A stretch of DNA of 64,000 bases, taken from the NCBI RefSeq assembly GCF_000143415.4, contig NW_003314284.1, positions 1,683,715-1,747,714 of the forward strand, given 5' to 3'. Positions 26,227 to 40,600 of this stretch are shown piece by piece. Below the pieces are notes generated by a model. That model was not told the origin of the DNA. It ran no database searches and worked only from the letters and a program-made list of their open reading frames with translations. The stretch's first letter is position 1. Every line of letters begins with the position of its first letter. This DNA is from Selaginella moellendorffii. Taxonomy: Eukaryota > Plantae > Lycopodiophyta. The position numbers and the translations under genes are program-made.

Positions 26227-26532
26227 TCAACAAAGTAAAAACTGACTTGAACGTACATTGAGCAAATCCACCACCTGGAGGAGCTTGGCGGCGACGCGCA
26301 AGCAGGCTTGGAGGCGGTCGGGGGTGCGCACCTTGAGGTACTTGTCCTGCTCGTGGCCCAGCTTATCGTTGAGCTCGCACCATACTTTGAGGAAGAAGGT
26401 GTGAAGGAGCACTTGGTCTGCGAGCTTGGAGACGTGGTAGCGCTTGCACTGCATGAGGCGGCCTATGTAGCGGAGCTGCTCGTCGCTGGGGGGTGGGATG
26501 AGGGCCAGGCGATCTTCATCATCTTCTTCCAT
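26227..26532 (-). CDS. Small hypothetical protein or upstream exon of the HMA gene
   Basis: ATG at 26532 (MEEDDEDRLALIPPPSDEQLRY...) with strong GC3 codon bias and plausible donors near 26257-26274. Downstream splicing not resolved. Confidence 0.45.
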   Translation of the reverse strand: MEEDDEDRLALIPPPSDEQLRYIGRLMQCKRYHVSKLADQVLLHTFFLKVWCELNDKLGHEQDKYLKVRTPDRLQACLRVAAKLLQVVDLLNVRSSQFLLC

Positions 26533-26872
26533 TTCTCTCTCTTTCTCCCGGGAAAACCTTCCAAGGACGTCTCGTAGACTTGCGATCCCTCGATCTCTGA
26601 GAATGGATTGGTTTCCCTTCCAGCGCAAGGAAGATGAAGATGATGGGATCCATTTCTTCGTTTTCATTTCGTTTTGGTTAAGGGAGAGATTATTATCAGC
26701 TTAATATGTTGTCTTTTACTACAGGGCCTCTAAATGAGGAGACAGAACATTTGAAGCTTCGTTGCACGCTCCGATTGACCCGGTCGACACAGTTCTTGCC
26801 ATTTTATAAAGTCTTTCAATGGGGGTCATTCTCTCCAGAGTTCCTGGATAACAAACTTGAGGGGAGTGTCCA

Positions 26873-27393
26873 ATGGGATCGGACAAGAAGAAAAAGGATG
26901 GCGATAAGAAGAAGCCAGAGATCGAAGTGAAGCCAACAAAGGTATAGCAAATATAGTCGATTCTTAATTTTATATTTTTCTGCTGGATCAAGGTCATAGA
27001 GCTCAAGGTGGGACTTCACTGCAAAAAATGCGTGCAAAAGATCCTTTCAAGCCTCACCCAAATGCGAGGTTTCACTGTCCAAATTTTTCTTTCACTCGTG
27101 GTTCTAAGTCTAGAGCTCTTGGAAAACTTTTCTTTTGATCAGGTGTTTCGAGGATCGACACGGACCTGGAGAAGAACAAAGTGACCGTCACGGGAACAGT
27201 GGAGGAGAAAGAAATCGTCAAGAAAATCGGAAAGCTTGGAAAGATCGCAGAGCCTTGGAAGGAGAGCTCCAAGTCCAAGTCCGCCGCCGCCTCTGCTGCC
27301 GCCGCTGGGCTGAAGTTCATGATCAAGGAAGATCAGCCCGGGATCAAGTTTGTTGTTGTCAAGGACCAGCCCTCAAACTGTGCGCTCATGTAG
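26873..27393 (+). CDS. HIPP: HIPP, 3 exons
   Basis: MGSDKKKKDGDKKK../VIELKVGLHCKKCVQKI../GVSRIDTDLEKNKVTVTG..., ending in CaaX CALM. Confidence 0.9.
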
Positions 27394-28974
27394 AAATCCT
27401 ACAAAAGCGACCAAGAATGTATGAACTTGAATAGGCCGCATAGGCCTACCTGTGAAAAAGATAGCCGATACTTCTACAGTACGTCAATGGCCACAGTGGC
27501 GTGGTTGATTCTTTCGTTTGGACGACTAGAGGAAAAAGGTGGCGAACTTTCCTCTAGAGAGAATGTAGACCTCAGAATGGCCTTCGAGTATTTTAATACA
27601 TGATCCATGTTGCTAGTGGTCATTAACACAATGCAAGATCAAACATTTGTCGCTTGGAATCACTCACAAAGCATTCGCTTGATCTCGTGGGCTGTTTTGT
27701 TTTGATCTGGTGAAGATGGAGACGAGGACGATGCAGATGATCCACCCTTGACAGCGACACAAAGGCTTTCTCCTCTAGCTCACAGAAATTTCCCGATTTT
27801 GGCGGGTCTCGCCGGGGGACGGCTTCCTTGTAATAAATAGTTGAAAAGCCTTGGAGACAGCAAGCAATTTCGAGCCATTTGTCCAAGCTTCGATCACCTC
27901 GTTCCAACCGGACACGAGATCTAAACGTCTCGATCGATCCGTGACAAAAATTCTCCAGTCCCCTAGGAACACACTCCACTCCAATCAATCGCCTCAACCA
28001 CCAGAGGAAAGTGTGCGTGATTGACACAATGAGCCAGTGCTCCCTGCCCGACTCACAGTGCCCAGAGGAGCCGCGAATTTCATAAGAGTTTCTCAAAAGG
28101 AGAAGACCTGAGATCTCTTCTACAGTTGTTCATGGGGCACTTGGCAAGGAGCACTTGGTGACGGGACATTAAACTCCAAAATCTCTAGAAAAATAGCAAA
28201 CAATGCGTGTGGGTTGTTCTATAGTGGAGTTTTCTATCCATTTGACTGATGGATTTGACAATATTTTTTGGCCAAGAAGATCATAGAATCAGATCTCAGC
28301 CAGCCAGCCTTGCACTTGGGGTGGTGCTGTTGCTTGTCAACAAGACCGCCACCACCATCCCAACATGCAATCAGTGTGTGTGCATATAAACTATCGTCTG
28401 TGGTCTTTATAGAAAAAGGTGGCAGCCACGATGGAGGGATGCCTTGTCCCACGAATTATATGAATGCATGATATGAGAGGCAACAACTTTTGTGGGACAA
28501 AGTAAACCGCCGATTAAATCGATCACAGTCGATAACATGAACACCACCCACAGGAAAAGCAAATGCCTCCACTTTGAATCTTCTTTTCACCCTTGAGATC
28601 ATGTGTTGCTTGGCATTGGAGCTCTGATCGATCACTTTACTTCCATGAAAGTTCCACCTGGCGTTCATCACAAGGATTGACCATGCTCCCAAATAATTTA
28701 CAAGGAAGAAATCAAAAGAACAGTGTAACACTTCCATTGGGATTCCTTTCCCGCCAGCTTTTTGAGAAGACAACGTTTCAGTGGTGGGACGTACGGGCGC
28801 TGACACGACGTACGCTAGAGGGCTTAGTACGGGTTCGATCCCCCATCTCCAGCCTCTTGATTTGATTCGCTCTTTCCACGCACATGCTATCTACAAAAAC
28901 AATAGCGTGATTCCCTGACGTCGTATTTAGGCTGTAACCGGGAAAGAAACTAGAATCTTTCTATTCATCAACGG

Positions 28975-29631
28975 CTATAGGATAAGCCCAGCGATCGCGG
29001 GTTCGAATCCCTGCCCCAAAACACTGGGCGCCGAGGAGGACGATGGAACCACGCTGCTGCTGCTCATGAAAATCTCTAGAGCCCGCCGGAGCCACTCCTG
29101 CTGCTGCTGGCTCGCGCCCAGATCGATGAATCCCTCGTCCGAGAAATCGGCGGTGCAAGCAGCCGACCAATCGCTGCTCCAGCCGCGGACGAGATCTTCC
29201 TCCTCCACCACCGCCGGCTGCTGCTGCTCGAATTTGGGCTCCAGCCCCAGCTCGTCGTCAGACGCCTCGAGCAAGTAGCCGAGCTGGGAGGCCGTCGAAT
29301 CGTCCCGGGAATCCACGCTGCTGGCGCTGGCGCTGTCTGAGGAGCACGCAATCTCCTCCTCGAGGCTCTTCATGACATTGGACACGAGTCCCTGCTGGGC
29401 CTCCCGGAGGGAATGCTCGGCCTCCTCCAGGATAGAGGACAAATCCTGGCCATCATCGTCACACTCGCCGGCAGCGCGGTCGCAGAATCTCTTGGAGGAG
29501 GAGGAAGAACAGGGGGGATTCCCGGATTGGACCTCTAGTTCCTCCAGCTCTTCCTCTTCTTCCTCGGCCCTGTCGCGTTTTCTGCCGTTGCGAGGGCAAC
29601 TGCTACTGCTGCTGCTGGAATCTTGCTCCAT
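28975..29631 (-). CDS. Conserved acidic plant protein of unknown function (At1g13360-like), intronless
   Basis: Family motifs KRDR, VMKSLEEEI and LGYLLEASDDELGL. ATG at 29631, TATA-like tatata at ~29792. Confidence 0.75.
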   Translation of the reverse strand: MEQDSSSSSSSCPRNGRKRDRAEEEEEELEELEVQSGNPPCSSSSSKRFCDRAAGECDDDGQDLSSILEEAEHSLREAQQGLVSNVMKSLEEEIACSSDSASASSVDSRDDSTASQLGYLLEASDDELGLEPKFEQQQPAVVEEEDLVRGWSSDWSAACTADFSDEGFIDLGASQQQQEWLRRALEIFMSSSSVVPSSSSAPSVLGQGFEPAIAGLIL

Positions 29632-29984
29632 GGCGAGCACAAATCCGAGAAATTGGCGCACAGAGAACCGCCCACAACCGATCAATCGATGAAATGGAGC
29701 GAAGAACACACACAGAAGAGAGAAAGATCTCTCAAAGCTTTGGAACTTTTTGGGATGAATGGATGGATGCCCCCACAAGAGGCAAAGCGCTTATATATCA
29801 CACGTAAAAGTTCCAATGTAAACACCATCCACTAAACTTGGCAGAGGTTTATATATGCATAGAGACAGTGTGGCCCCCTTTACCGGACCTGTTTTTGCGG
29901 CCCCACTCCATTAAACTGGTCCCCCGGTTGGTGGGCTGACCTGGCGGTGGCGGGCGACCGGCTATGCCCGGTCGGGGCGACCGG

Positions 29985-30135
29985 CATCGCCGACGGCCGG
30001 TGTCGGCGGACGTGGCCTGCCGCCACGCGTCGTGGGGCCATTGGTCCCGTGATGCTCTCTCCCCCGCCCCCAATGCATGCGATGGCGCAATGGATTGATT
30101 GGACCCATTGCATGGTGGCATGGGGCATGCATGCA
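29985..30135 (-). promoter_or_regulatory. Cluster of DRE/CRT, ABRE, CE3-like and RY elements upstream of the 29631 gene
   Basis: GCCGAC at 29989-29994 and (reverse) 30002-30007, ACGTGGC at 30010-30016, ACGCGT at 30025-30030, CATGCATG at 30126-30133. Confidence 0.45.
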
Positions 30136-31639
30136 TTTTCTAGAAGATTTGATATGGTGATGTTTTGGTTTGACATTCACATTGGAGGCCCTTATTGGTT
30201 TTTTCGGCTTTGTTTAATTCCTATTGGCGGAGTGAGGTGGCCGGCTCAAGCACGCAAAGACGAAAGCGTGTTTCTCTTCTGACCACTGGATCTTGCCCGT
30301 CGGTTGCGCTGGGCTTGTTCGCATCCTCTTTTTGATCAGTGATTCAGTGTGTGCGGGCTTTGTGTGGTCGCGGGTTCGAATCTGTGAGACGACTGGGTGG
30401 TTTCGAACGATACGTCTTCTCTTGACTTTGACAAGGATTTTTAAAGTTTCCAGAATCTTGCAGATGATTAGATTCTAGGCATATGCTTCTTAACGGCTAC
30501 TTACTGACGAAATATTCTTATGCATTCATGATTTATTTCTTTTATTTATTTATATACTGTTTTTAATAAAAGGCTGCATTATTCCATCGTCCAACTTTGC
30601 AGATATGCTAGGAAGATATTTGGGCAGCGGAGCTGGTTTTCCATGAGGTCACACTCCTGCTGGACAGAAAAAGTGGCGCTCGACCTACGCTTTCACCATG
30701 ATCTTCGCTTATACAAATTTAAATCTGTGAAGAAGGAAGTTTGGAGATTCCAAAGTCAGAGATTTTCGGTGAGATTTTCGGATGGAGCATTTTGTCAAGG
30801 AGGATGTGGCTGGTGATCCATGCGGGTGATGGAGAAAGGACGGTGTATAGTCCGTACGTCTGATTCCTTGTGGAGATAAGTGAGGCCTTTCGCTATTCCC
30901 ACAAAAATCAGGAAGCGAGCTTGCCAATCTAAAAGTAAGTTCTTTCGGGATACAGACGCACGGAAAGATAGAATCTCGAAATGCTTTCTTAGTCAGCCGC
31001 TGGTCAGCAGCCATTCGCTGCCGGTCAACAGGAGGAGTGTATGGAGGACGAGGCACAAGATGGCAGCTCCAGGGCAAGTGTTCCTCGTCCAAATCGGATT
31101 GAGAATCCTTGTGGCAGCAGTGGAGGAGGAGGAGGAAAACGGTATGCGACAAAGGATCTGCGCAGAGAGCTCGCGATAAGATCAGGTGACCTCACCACAA
31201 AACACGGCGGCGGACAAAATCTCGTATGCTGCGAAAAACAGACCACCACCTTTTGACGAATGGGTGAATTGCTCTTCGATTTCTCACAAAGAGAGGATCG
31301 TTTTTTCCTCAGAGCAAACTTTTGGTTGGAGGGGCCTTGCCCACCATTCGAGACAGCTTTGTGACTGACACCACACTGCACAATCTCTGATCGTGGGCGA
31401 CGGCTGGGCGACTCGAGGCCGAGAGAGGTTGGTTTGTGAAGTTTGGTTAATCCATTTAACAACAAACTGGTTTTGCGACCAAAAACTAACATTTGACGGT
31501 GGAAAGAACTCCTACACTCATGGGAGCATATGCCCAAAAGGTGGCAAGAACTGGAGCATAAAAGGTGGCAAGAATATTTTCCCAGCAAAACGACATATAT
31601 CATACACAAAAAACATGGATCTGCCAGCCTAGCCTAGAA

Positions 31640-33013
31640 TCATCCATGTGCATTGACAGCCTCCCACAGCATGTTGCCTTTGCGCAGCGGCTTGCTCACG
31701 TCCCTGGCCTCCATCGCCGCCGCGCGCAGCGTCCTGATGATCATCACATTGGCCTCCCAGAACGTCACCATCTTATAATCCAAGCCATGCTTGTCCACCA
31801 GCAGTGGCTTGATCACCATCTCCGACGCCGCCCGCAAGTGGTGCCTGGGCACCTGTGGAAAGAGGTGGTGCTCGATCTGGAACTGGAGCCCGCCGTGGAA
31901 CCAATCCCACTTCTTGGAGCACGAGAGATTGAGCGTCCCGGTGGCCTGATCCGCCAGCCACTGCCCATCGCCGCGCGGCCTCCGCCCCTGGTAGACCGGC
32001 GAGGAGAAGTGATTGAGGCAGAACTGGACGTGCTGGACCCCAGTGGTGGCCATTGCGATCAGCAGGAACGCGATCCTCTCGGAGTAGCTCGGGAGATACG
32101 AGAGGAGCGAGAAGAGCCACGCCCAGAAGAAGAGCAGCGATCCAATCTCCCAGCCCCTGTGCGGCACCCTCTTCCTCCAGATCGCCACGATGAAGGACTG
32201 CGCGTAGAGATTCACGCGCGCTACCGCCATGACGAGGTAGAAGGTCCAGTGCTGGTAGCTGACGAGGAGCCTGGCGATGGCGTCGAAGGCCATCTCGCGG
32301 TCGTAGAAGTAGGAGTGGAGCGCCCGCGAGGAGCGGAAGAACCGCGAGGAGATTGCGAAGATGGGCATGTACTGGAGATCTGGATCATACTCGAGATTGT
32401 TGCAGGAGAAGTGGTGCGCGTTGTGGTTGCGCAGCCACCACTGGAATCCAATCCCCGAGAGCGCGTTGCCGATCAAGAGCCCTATCCAGGAATCCGCCCT
32501 TGGACTGCCGGTCATGCCCGTGTGGCCCGTGTCGTGGCCGATCCACCCAGCCTGGATCCACGCGAAGCCGAGGAGGACAGCGCTGGCGCAGTGGACGATC
32601 GCGCTGGAGGAGAAGATCACCCCCGCGACGCAGGCCGTGACCAGGGCGACGATTGCCGCGAGGATCTTGCAGTAGAAGAAGAGATCCACGGTGAGAAACC
32701 CTGCCTTTCCCAGGCGCTCCAGGACCAGGGCGTGATCGGCCGTGAGAGGCGAGAGCACCGGATCCGCGAGCGTGCCAATGAGGAATTTCGGGAGGATCTG
32801 GAACGCGCGCTGCCGCGGATGGAAGGCCAGGAACGCATCGGTCGCGTCCGGCTGCCCTGCGAAGCTCTTGAGGGCCAGATCTCCACCCGGATGGATGGCG
32901 GCCCACTTGGAGACGTCGTAGACCTTGCCCTGGATACTGATCCACAGATCGCCATCGTTGCGGTGCTCCGCGAGCTCGTCCCTGGTGATTACTCGCCCCG
33001 CGGCGATCTGCAT
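31640..33013 (-). CDS. SLD: Cytochrome b5-fusion desaturase, delta-8 sphingolipid desaturase family, intronless
   Basis: HPGG cyt-b5 motif; His boxes HDTGH, HNAHH and QIEHHLFP; C-terminus LWEAVNAHG; 457 aa. Confidence 0.93.
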   Translation of the reverse strand: MQIAAGRVITRDELAEHRNDGDLWISIQGKVYDVSKWAAIHPGGDLALKSFAGQPDATDAFLAFHPRQRAFQILPKFLIGTLADPVLSPLTADHALVLERLGKAGFLTVDLFFYCKILAAIVALVTACVAGVIFSSSAIVHCASAVLLGFAWIQAGWIGHDTGHTGMTGSPRADSWIGLLIGNALSGIGFQWWLRNHNAHHFSCNNLEYDPDLQYMPIFAISSRFFRSSRALHSYFYDREMAFDAIARLLVSYQHWTFYLVMAVARVNLYAQSFIVAIWRKRVPHRGWEIGSLLFFWAWLFSLLSYLPSYSERIAFLLIAMATTGVQHVQFCLNHFSSPVYQGRRPRGDGQWLADQATGTLNLSCSKKWDWFHGGLQFQIEHHLFPQVPRHHLRAASEMVIKPLLVDKHGLDYKMVTFWEANVMIIRTLRAAAMEARDVSKPLRKGNMLWEAVNAHG

Positions 33014-33151
33014 TGCCGAGAAGGGAGAGATAGCGTCCGGATAGAACCCTAAGATTTTTCCGGTTATTTAGCTAATAAAAAGGCTTACAAATGGGAATGG
33101 CCCTGGTTAGTTGCGGTCCTGCAATTTTTAGTTTTGAGACTATTTCTATCA

Positions 33152-35115
<1,964 letters not shown>

Positions 35116-35287
35116 CGCTGATCTGCACTGCAAGGCGAGACGGCACTAGAATAGAATCCCTGGGATCAACCGATCGATAGCGATCGCTCTCCTCCTCTCT
35201 TAAATTTAGGTCTAGAACAAGAACAAGTGGTGATTAGAAGTTCCAAGTAAAACTCTATCATTTAGTAGAATTTTATCACAAACTCTT

Positions 35288-37365
35288 TCATGATTTGATC
35301 GCTTCTACATGCGATAGCAGCATGTAAGGCGACGAACCCCGGGTCTCAAGCCCGCAAGCGTTCTTCGCGGCAGCTCTCGCGAGCTCCACATCTCCATGGA
35401 TCTTGGACGCCGCCAGGAGCGTCGTCCACGCCACGGATTCATCCTCACCCCCGGCCAATCCATCCCGGACGCTCCGCAGCATCTCTTGCGCCAGCTCCAG
35501 CTTCCCGGCGGTTCCCACCACGTTGATCAAGCAGCAGTAGTGATCAAACACCGGCACCACTCCAAAGTCGGCGCTCATCGCCACGAACCACGCCCGAGCT
35601 CGCTCCGTGAGCCCGTTGTGTCCGCAAGCCCCGAGGATCCCGAAGAACGTCACCTCGTCCGGAGCATCGCCCTCGAGCAGCATCCGGTGGAAGAGATCAA
35701 ACGCTTCGTCTGTGTGGCCGTTTTGCGCGTAGGCCTGGATGATCGACGTCCAGCTCACTGTATCCTTCTCGGGCATCTGGCGAAGAAGATGGAGTCGGCC
35801 TGCTCGAGCTGGCCGGCGTGCGCGTAGGCGGCCACGAGCGCGTTGAGTGACACCGAGCACTGCTGCGGGGATCTCTCCACCATAGCTCTGGCCTGCGAGA
35901 GCTTCCCGTGCTGGCAGTAGGCCGAGACGATCGCGTTCCAGCTCACGCTGTCCCGCTCGATCATCGCGTCGAACTCCGACTTTGCCTGCTCGAGCTGCCC
36001 GGTTTGAGAGTAGACGCCCAGCATGGCGGTCGCGGATGTGGCGTTGAGCTCGGGTGTCTTGTCGTAGATCTCTTTCACCCTCTCCCAGTTTCTGTGCTGC
36101 GCATGGAACGAGAGGATGGTCGACCACACCACGCTGCTCCTGCCTTCCATTCGATTGAACGCGTCGGTTGCCTCGTCCATGAATCCGGCCTGGGCGTACG
36201 AGCGGACTATCAGGTTCCAGGAGAAAACTTCTCGCTGTGGCATTCTCGCAAATGCTTCCTTGCTCATGGAGAGGTCTCCGGCTTGGCAGTAAACCAGCAG
36301 CAAGTTGCTCCACGCGAGCGAATCCCTCTCCGGCATCGTGGCAAAGAGCCCCTGCGATTCGCCCACCATGCCGGCGTGAGAGAAAGCCGAGAGCAAGACG
36401 TACCAGGAGATGGAGTTCCTTTTTGGGATGCGATCGAACATGAGCTTGGCAGTCGCGATATTCCCGGCTTGGGCATACGCCCCGGCCATGACGTTCCACG
36501 CTACCACGTCCAGCTCCGAGATCCCATCAAACATCTCTTTCGCCTCACGGAGACTCCCGGACTGGGCATACGCCGAGAGGATGCTCGTCCGGCTCCTCAC
36601 GCTCCGCTCGGGAATGCGGCGAAAGAGATCAATCGCGTCGTCCGCCAGTCCACCCTCCGCATAGCCTGCAATCAGAGTGTTCCAAGTTACCGCGTCATGG
36701 CAAGGCATTCTCTGGAATACAAACCTGGCCTCTTGGAGGAGCTCGCCCGGGCTCTGGGTGTAAGAGGAGATCATCACATTCCACAGCGTCGCGTCCCGGC
36801 TCGGTGCCCAGTCGAAGATCTCCTTTGCTCGATCGTGCTGCCCGCGCTGCGCATAGCCGGACATCATCACCACCCAGCCCACCAGATTTTGCTGCGGCAT
36901 TGCCTCGAAGAGAGCCCTGGCGCGATCAAAATCCCCCGCCAGCGAGAAGCCCTCGAGCAATCCCGTCCAGCAGATGACGTCGCGGCCGCGCGTGCTGGCG
37001 AAGATCTCCTCCGCCGCCGCGACGAGGCCGTGCTGCGCGTAGGCCGAGATCATCGAGCATCGCGATACCAGGCAGTGGCAGGGCATCTGGTCCAGCAAAA
37101 CCCTCGCCTGTGCCAGGAATCCATTCTTCGCGTACGCCGCGATGAGGATGTTCCAGGAGAAATCGTTGGGCAGTGGCATCGAATCGAAGGCCGAGCGCGC
37201 CTCCTCCACGGCGCCGCACTTGCCATACATCTCCACGACCAGATTGAGGAGATACGTGCACCGCAATCGCTCACAACGGGCGATCTCGGCGTGGAGCCGC
37301 CGCGCCTCGGAGAGATTCCTCGCATTGCCGCACGCCCTAACACCGCCGGCGTAGATCTGCTGCAT
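35288..37365 (-). pseudogene. PLS-class PPR protein with E domain, interrupted by a frameshift near 35785
   Basis: The PPR array in ORF 35755-37365 continues in another frame (QMPEKDTVSWTSIIQAY..PDEVTFFGILGAC..HYCCLINVVG..WTTLLAASKIHGD). Junction ATC TTC TT CGC CAG ATG has no intron signals. Confidence 0.8.
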
Positions 37366-37679
37366 ACCATGGCCGCCGCCAAGGAAGAACCCTAATCGAG
37401 TTTTGGGCCTATCCGTACTGTACGGGAAGGCTGGCCAGTCACCGCCATTTGGGCCAGGAGGGGCCTATATAAACTCGCAGCCGAGGTTTTTTGGGCGACC
37501 TTGGACAAGGGGGAAGCCCTTGAAAAATTTTTTCTCGATTTTTTTCTTTGCTCGTCTCTCTTTTCTCTCTCTCCCTCGTCCACCGCATAGAACAGAGAAA
37601 AAAAAGAAGCACAAGGAAATAGAGAAGAAGCAAGCATCCGATTAGCAGCGCCGCGCGAGGCGCCCATCGAATAACCCTA
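37366..37679. promoter_or_regulatory. Compact divergent promoter region between PPR and TAF1
   Basis: 314 bp between ATGs. Site II TGGGCC at ~37404 and ~37450, TATATAAA at ~37466, telo-like AACCCTAA at ~37388 and ~37673. Confidence 0.55.
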
Positions 37680-40600
37680 ATGATGCAGCAGCAGCAGCAG
37701 CCCTATATCCACAGCTCCGAGCGCTATGGAGGGTATGGCGGCGCGGCCAGGGCGGCGCGTGGCGGCGGCGGTAGCTTAGGCGGCGACGGCGACGAGGATG
37801 GGGAGGAAGAAGAAGAGGAAGAGGAGGAAGAGGAAGAGGAGGAGAGCTCGGGCAGGATGCTAGGGTTTATGTTTGGGAACGTCGATGACACTGGAGACCT
37901 TGATGTGGAGTACCTGGATCAGGTGTGTATACATGAAATCTTGCCTAGTTTTTGCATTCATTGCAGCTGGATCGAAGATTTTTGTGGGCAGTAGTGTAGC
38001 TCTAGAGTCTAGGCAATCGCAGGTGCTGGCTGGGATTAAAATTCTCTTTGGTGGGCGAAGCTGCTGTAAAAAAATGGAAATCTAGGAGTGGAAAGAATGC
38101 TGCTGCAGCGAAGAGTTCTTCCTTTCAATTTTTTTTTTTTTTCTTCTGCTGCGTTTGCGCTAGGCTGTGTTTCACGGTTTCTGGATGAAATTTGAAAGGA
38201 AGTTAATAGTTTTGGTATTGCCAGGAAGCGAAGGAGCACCTCTTTGCATTAGCTGATCAACTAGGTCCTTCACTGGTTGACCTGGAGGTGACTCCATTGT
38301 TCGAGCCTTCAAACTTTGTGCTTAAATCGTTTTTTTTTCTTTTTCTCTTGCGTCACAGCTATCTTCCAAGGCTAGGCAATTCACCGCTTCCGCGGCCTTG
38401 AAGGAACAAGATGGTACGTGAGAAAGTCTGGAACTTTTGGAAGTAGGAAACTCTAATGGTTGTTTTCATAGACTATGACAGGAAGGCCGAGGATGCCGTC
38501 GACTACGAAGATATTGACGAAGCTTGTGAAGATGATGGCCAAATGCTGCCCGAGGATAAACAGTATTATGCTCAAGCTGCTCTAGCTGTTCCTTCGAAGC
38601 AAGTTGAGGAGGATGACTATGATGAAGAGCTTCCGGATGATACTGTGCCCGCTGCTCCAGGTTTGGTTGTTACGCTCCTCTGGTCTAGGTGTGACTGGAT
38701 TTTTCAGACCTTCCTAAGCCGACTGAAGAACCGCTTGTGTCTATTGCAAGTGACGAAACACCTTTACCGACTCCAGAACTTCTTTCGTCGAGTTCAATAC
38801 TGCCGTCTCCAAGTTCGGCGTCTCCTTTGTCTACTGCGCTACTTCCTGTTACGAGTCCGGAAGACCTTCCTTTATCGAGAACACAGATTGAAGTTGAGGG
38901 TTCTCCCGACGAGATGCTCGATGAATCGGAGGATGACATCGACTCAGAAGAAGAGCTTTATGAGGTAGTAAATGGGATTTACTGCTTGTTGCTGATAACT
39001 CTTGATGCAGGACTTATCCGCAGATGATGAAAGTGAGCAGTTTGAATTGCCAATTATTTTTCAAGAACACGGCAAGCAAATTCTACAGTTTTCTGAGATT
39101 TTTGGTGCGAAGCAGCCTTTTTGGATGCTTGGTAACAAAAAACTACGGACAAAAAGGTCACACTTCAAAGGTAGTAAGCTCTCTTTGATTCTTCGTTGGT
39201 TCAATGTTTGCATTGCAGGAAGACCCGGAAGATTCGATTCAATGATTGATGATGATGAGGCTCAAGTCTTGAAAGTGCTACCTGAAAATCACGATATCAC
39301 GCAGCTGTATTACCAGGAGATTGATGCTAGAGAAGGCCAGGAGCTGGCAGATGAGCTCAACGAGGTAGGGCCGAAATTCCTTAGCTGCCAACCTTTGGAC
39401 AAGAAGCTTCCTGCGCTGGCCGACATCGAAAAAGATTTTTCAGTGAACTTCGATCCTATTCATCAACTTGACTGGGAGACCGAAATCGTGTGGGATGCGG
39501 AGCGGAAACCGTCTCAAGACGAGGACTTCGAAATTGCGGAGCCGGCAGAGGGAGACAGGCTTCACCTTCAAGCATCAGTGAGCGGGAAGGACGCTTTTGA
39601 CAAGCTAATTATTCTGGAACCTTTATGTCGGGATGGTAGACGGGCGTCAAAAACTGCTAGCAAACATCCTCAAATGCTCAGGTTGGAAGCTTGGCGACAT
39701 CAGCCGGGGAATGAACTTTCGAGAAAGCTGGACAGGCTAAACTTCGAGGTGGAGCTCAAAAACCCGGACTTAGCGGCAGGAACGTGGCTGAGTAACGTTT
39801 GCTGGGATGAGGAAGATGCGAAGCAAAGATCTAGCAAATACAGGGCAATTTTCGATCTCATGGACAGTCATATGGTCTTTGAGGTTTCCGACGTACGGGA
39901 AACGAAGAGCATTCGGGACCATGCAGCTGCTATGTTGATAAGCCCACGGACTTCGAAAGGAAAACAATCAGAGACGGCGGACGTCATGCTTCCTTCCCGC
40001 TTCAATATTTCGAACGATAAGTATTATGTCGTAAAGAAGACGCCTCAGCAACAAAAGCTACAGGCGAAGAAGCGGGCTATCGTTGGCGGAGTTAAGGTTG
40101 CGCATTCTGTTCCTGCGTTGAGGTTGCAAACAATGAAGCCTAAGCTGACGAAGTAAGTCTCTCGTAGCGTTGGATTGATTGTTACCTTCGTGTCATTGTG
40201 CTTGCAGTAAGGACCTGGCGAATTTTCATCGTCCAAAGGCTACCTGGTTCCCTCACCACAATGAGGTGGCGGCCAAGGAACAAGGCGAACTTGCGGCGAG
40301 AGGGCCAATGAAAGTGATATTGAAAACACTAGGCGGCAAGGGCAGCAGGCTTCACATTGATGCATCTGATACTCTAGAAACATTCAAAATGAAGGCTTCG
40401 AAAAAGTTTGGAGGTATGTGACAACCAATCTATGCTGTTAACTGACATGGATTTTACTTAGATTTGAAGCCGTCGGAAAATACGAAGCTTATGTATTCTG
40501 GACGGGAGCTGGAATCGAACAAGTCCTTCGCAGAGCAACGAGTTCCCCCGAATTCTGTTTTACATCTAGTTCGGACTAAAGTTCATCCATGGCCGAAGGC

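Noticed and set aside
27623-28900. Assorted 70-157 aa ORFs between the HIPP and the acidic protein gene
   Set aside because: No recognisable domain or consistent exon chain; may be decayed sequence but cannot be supported.
31565-33052. 495-aa plus-strand ORF
   Set aside because: Antisense shadow of the high-GC3 SLD gene; no independent motifs.
35908-37395. 495-aa plus-strand ORF
   Set aside because: Antisense shadow of the GC-rich PPR gene.
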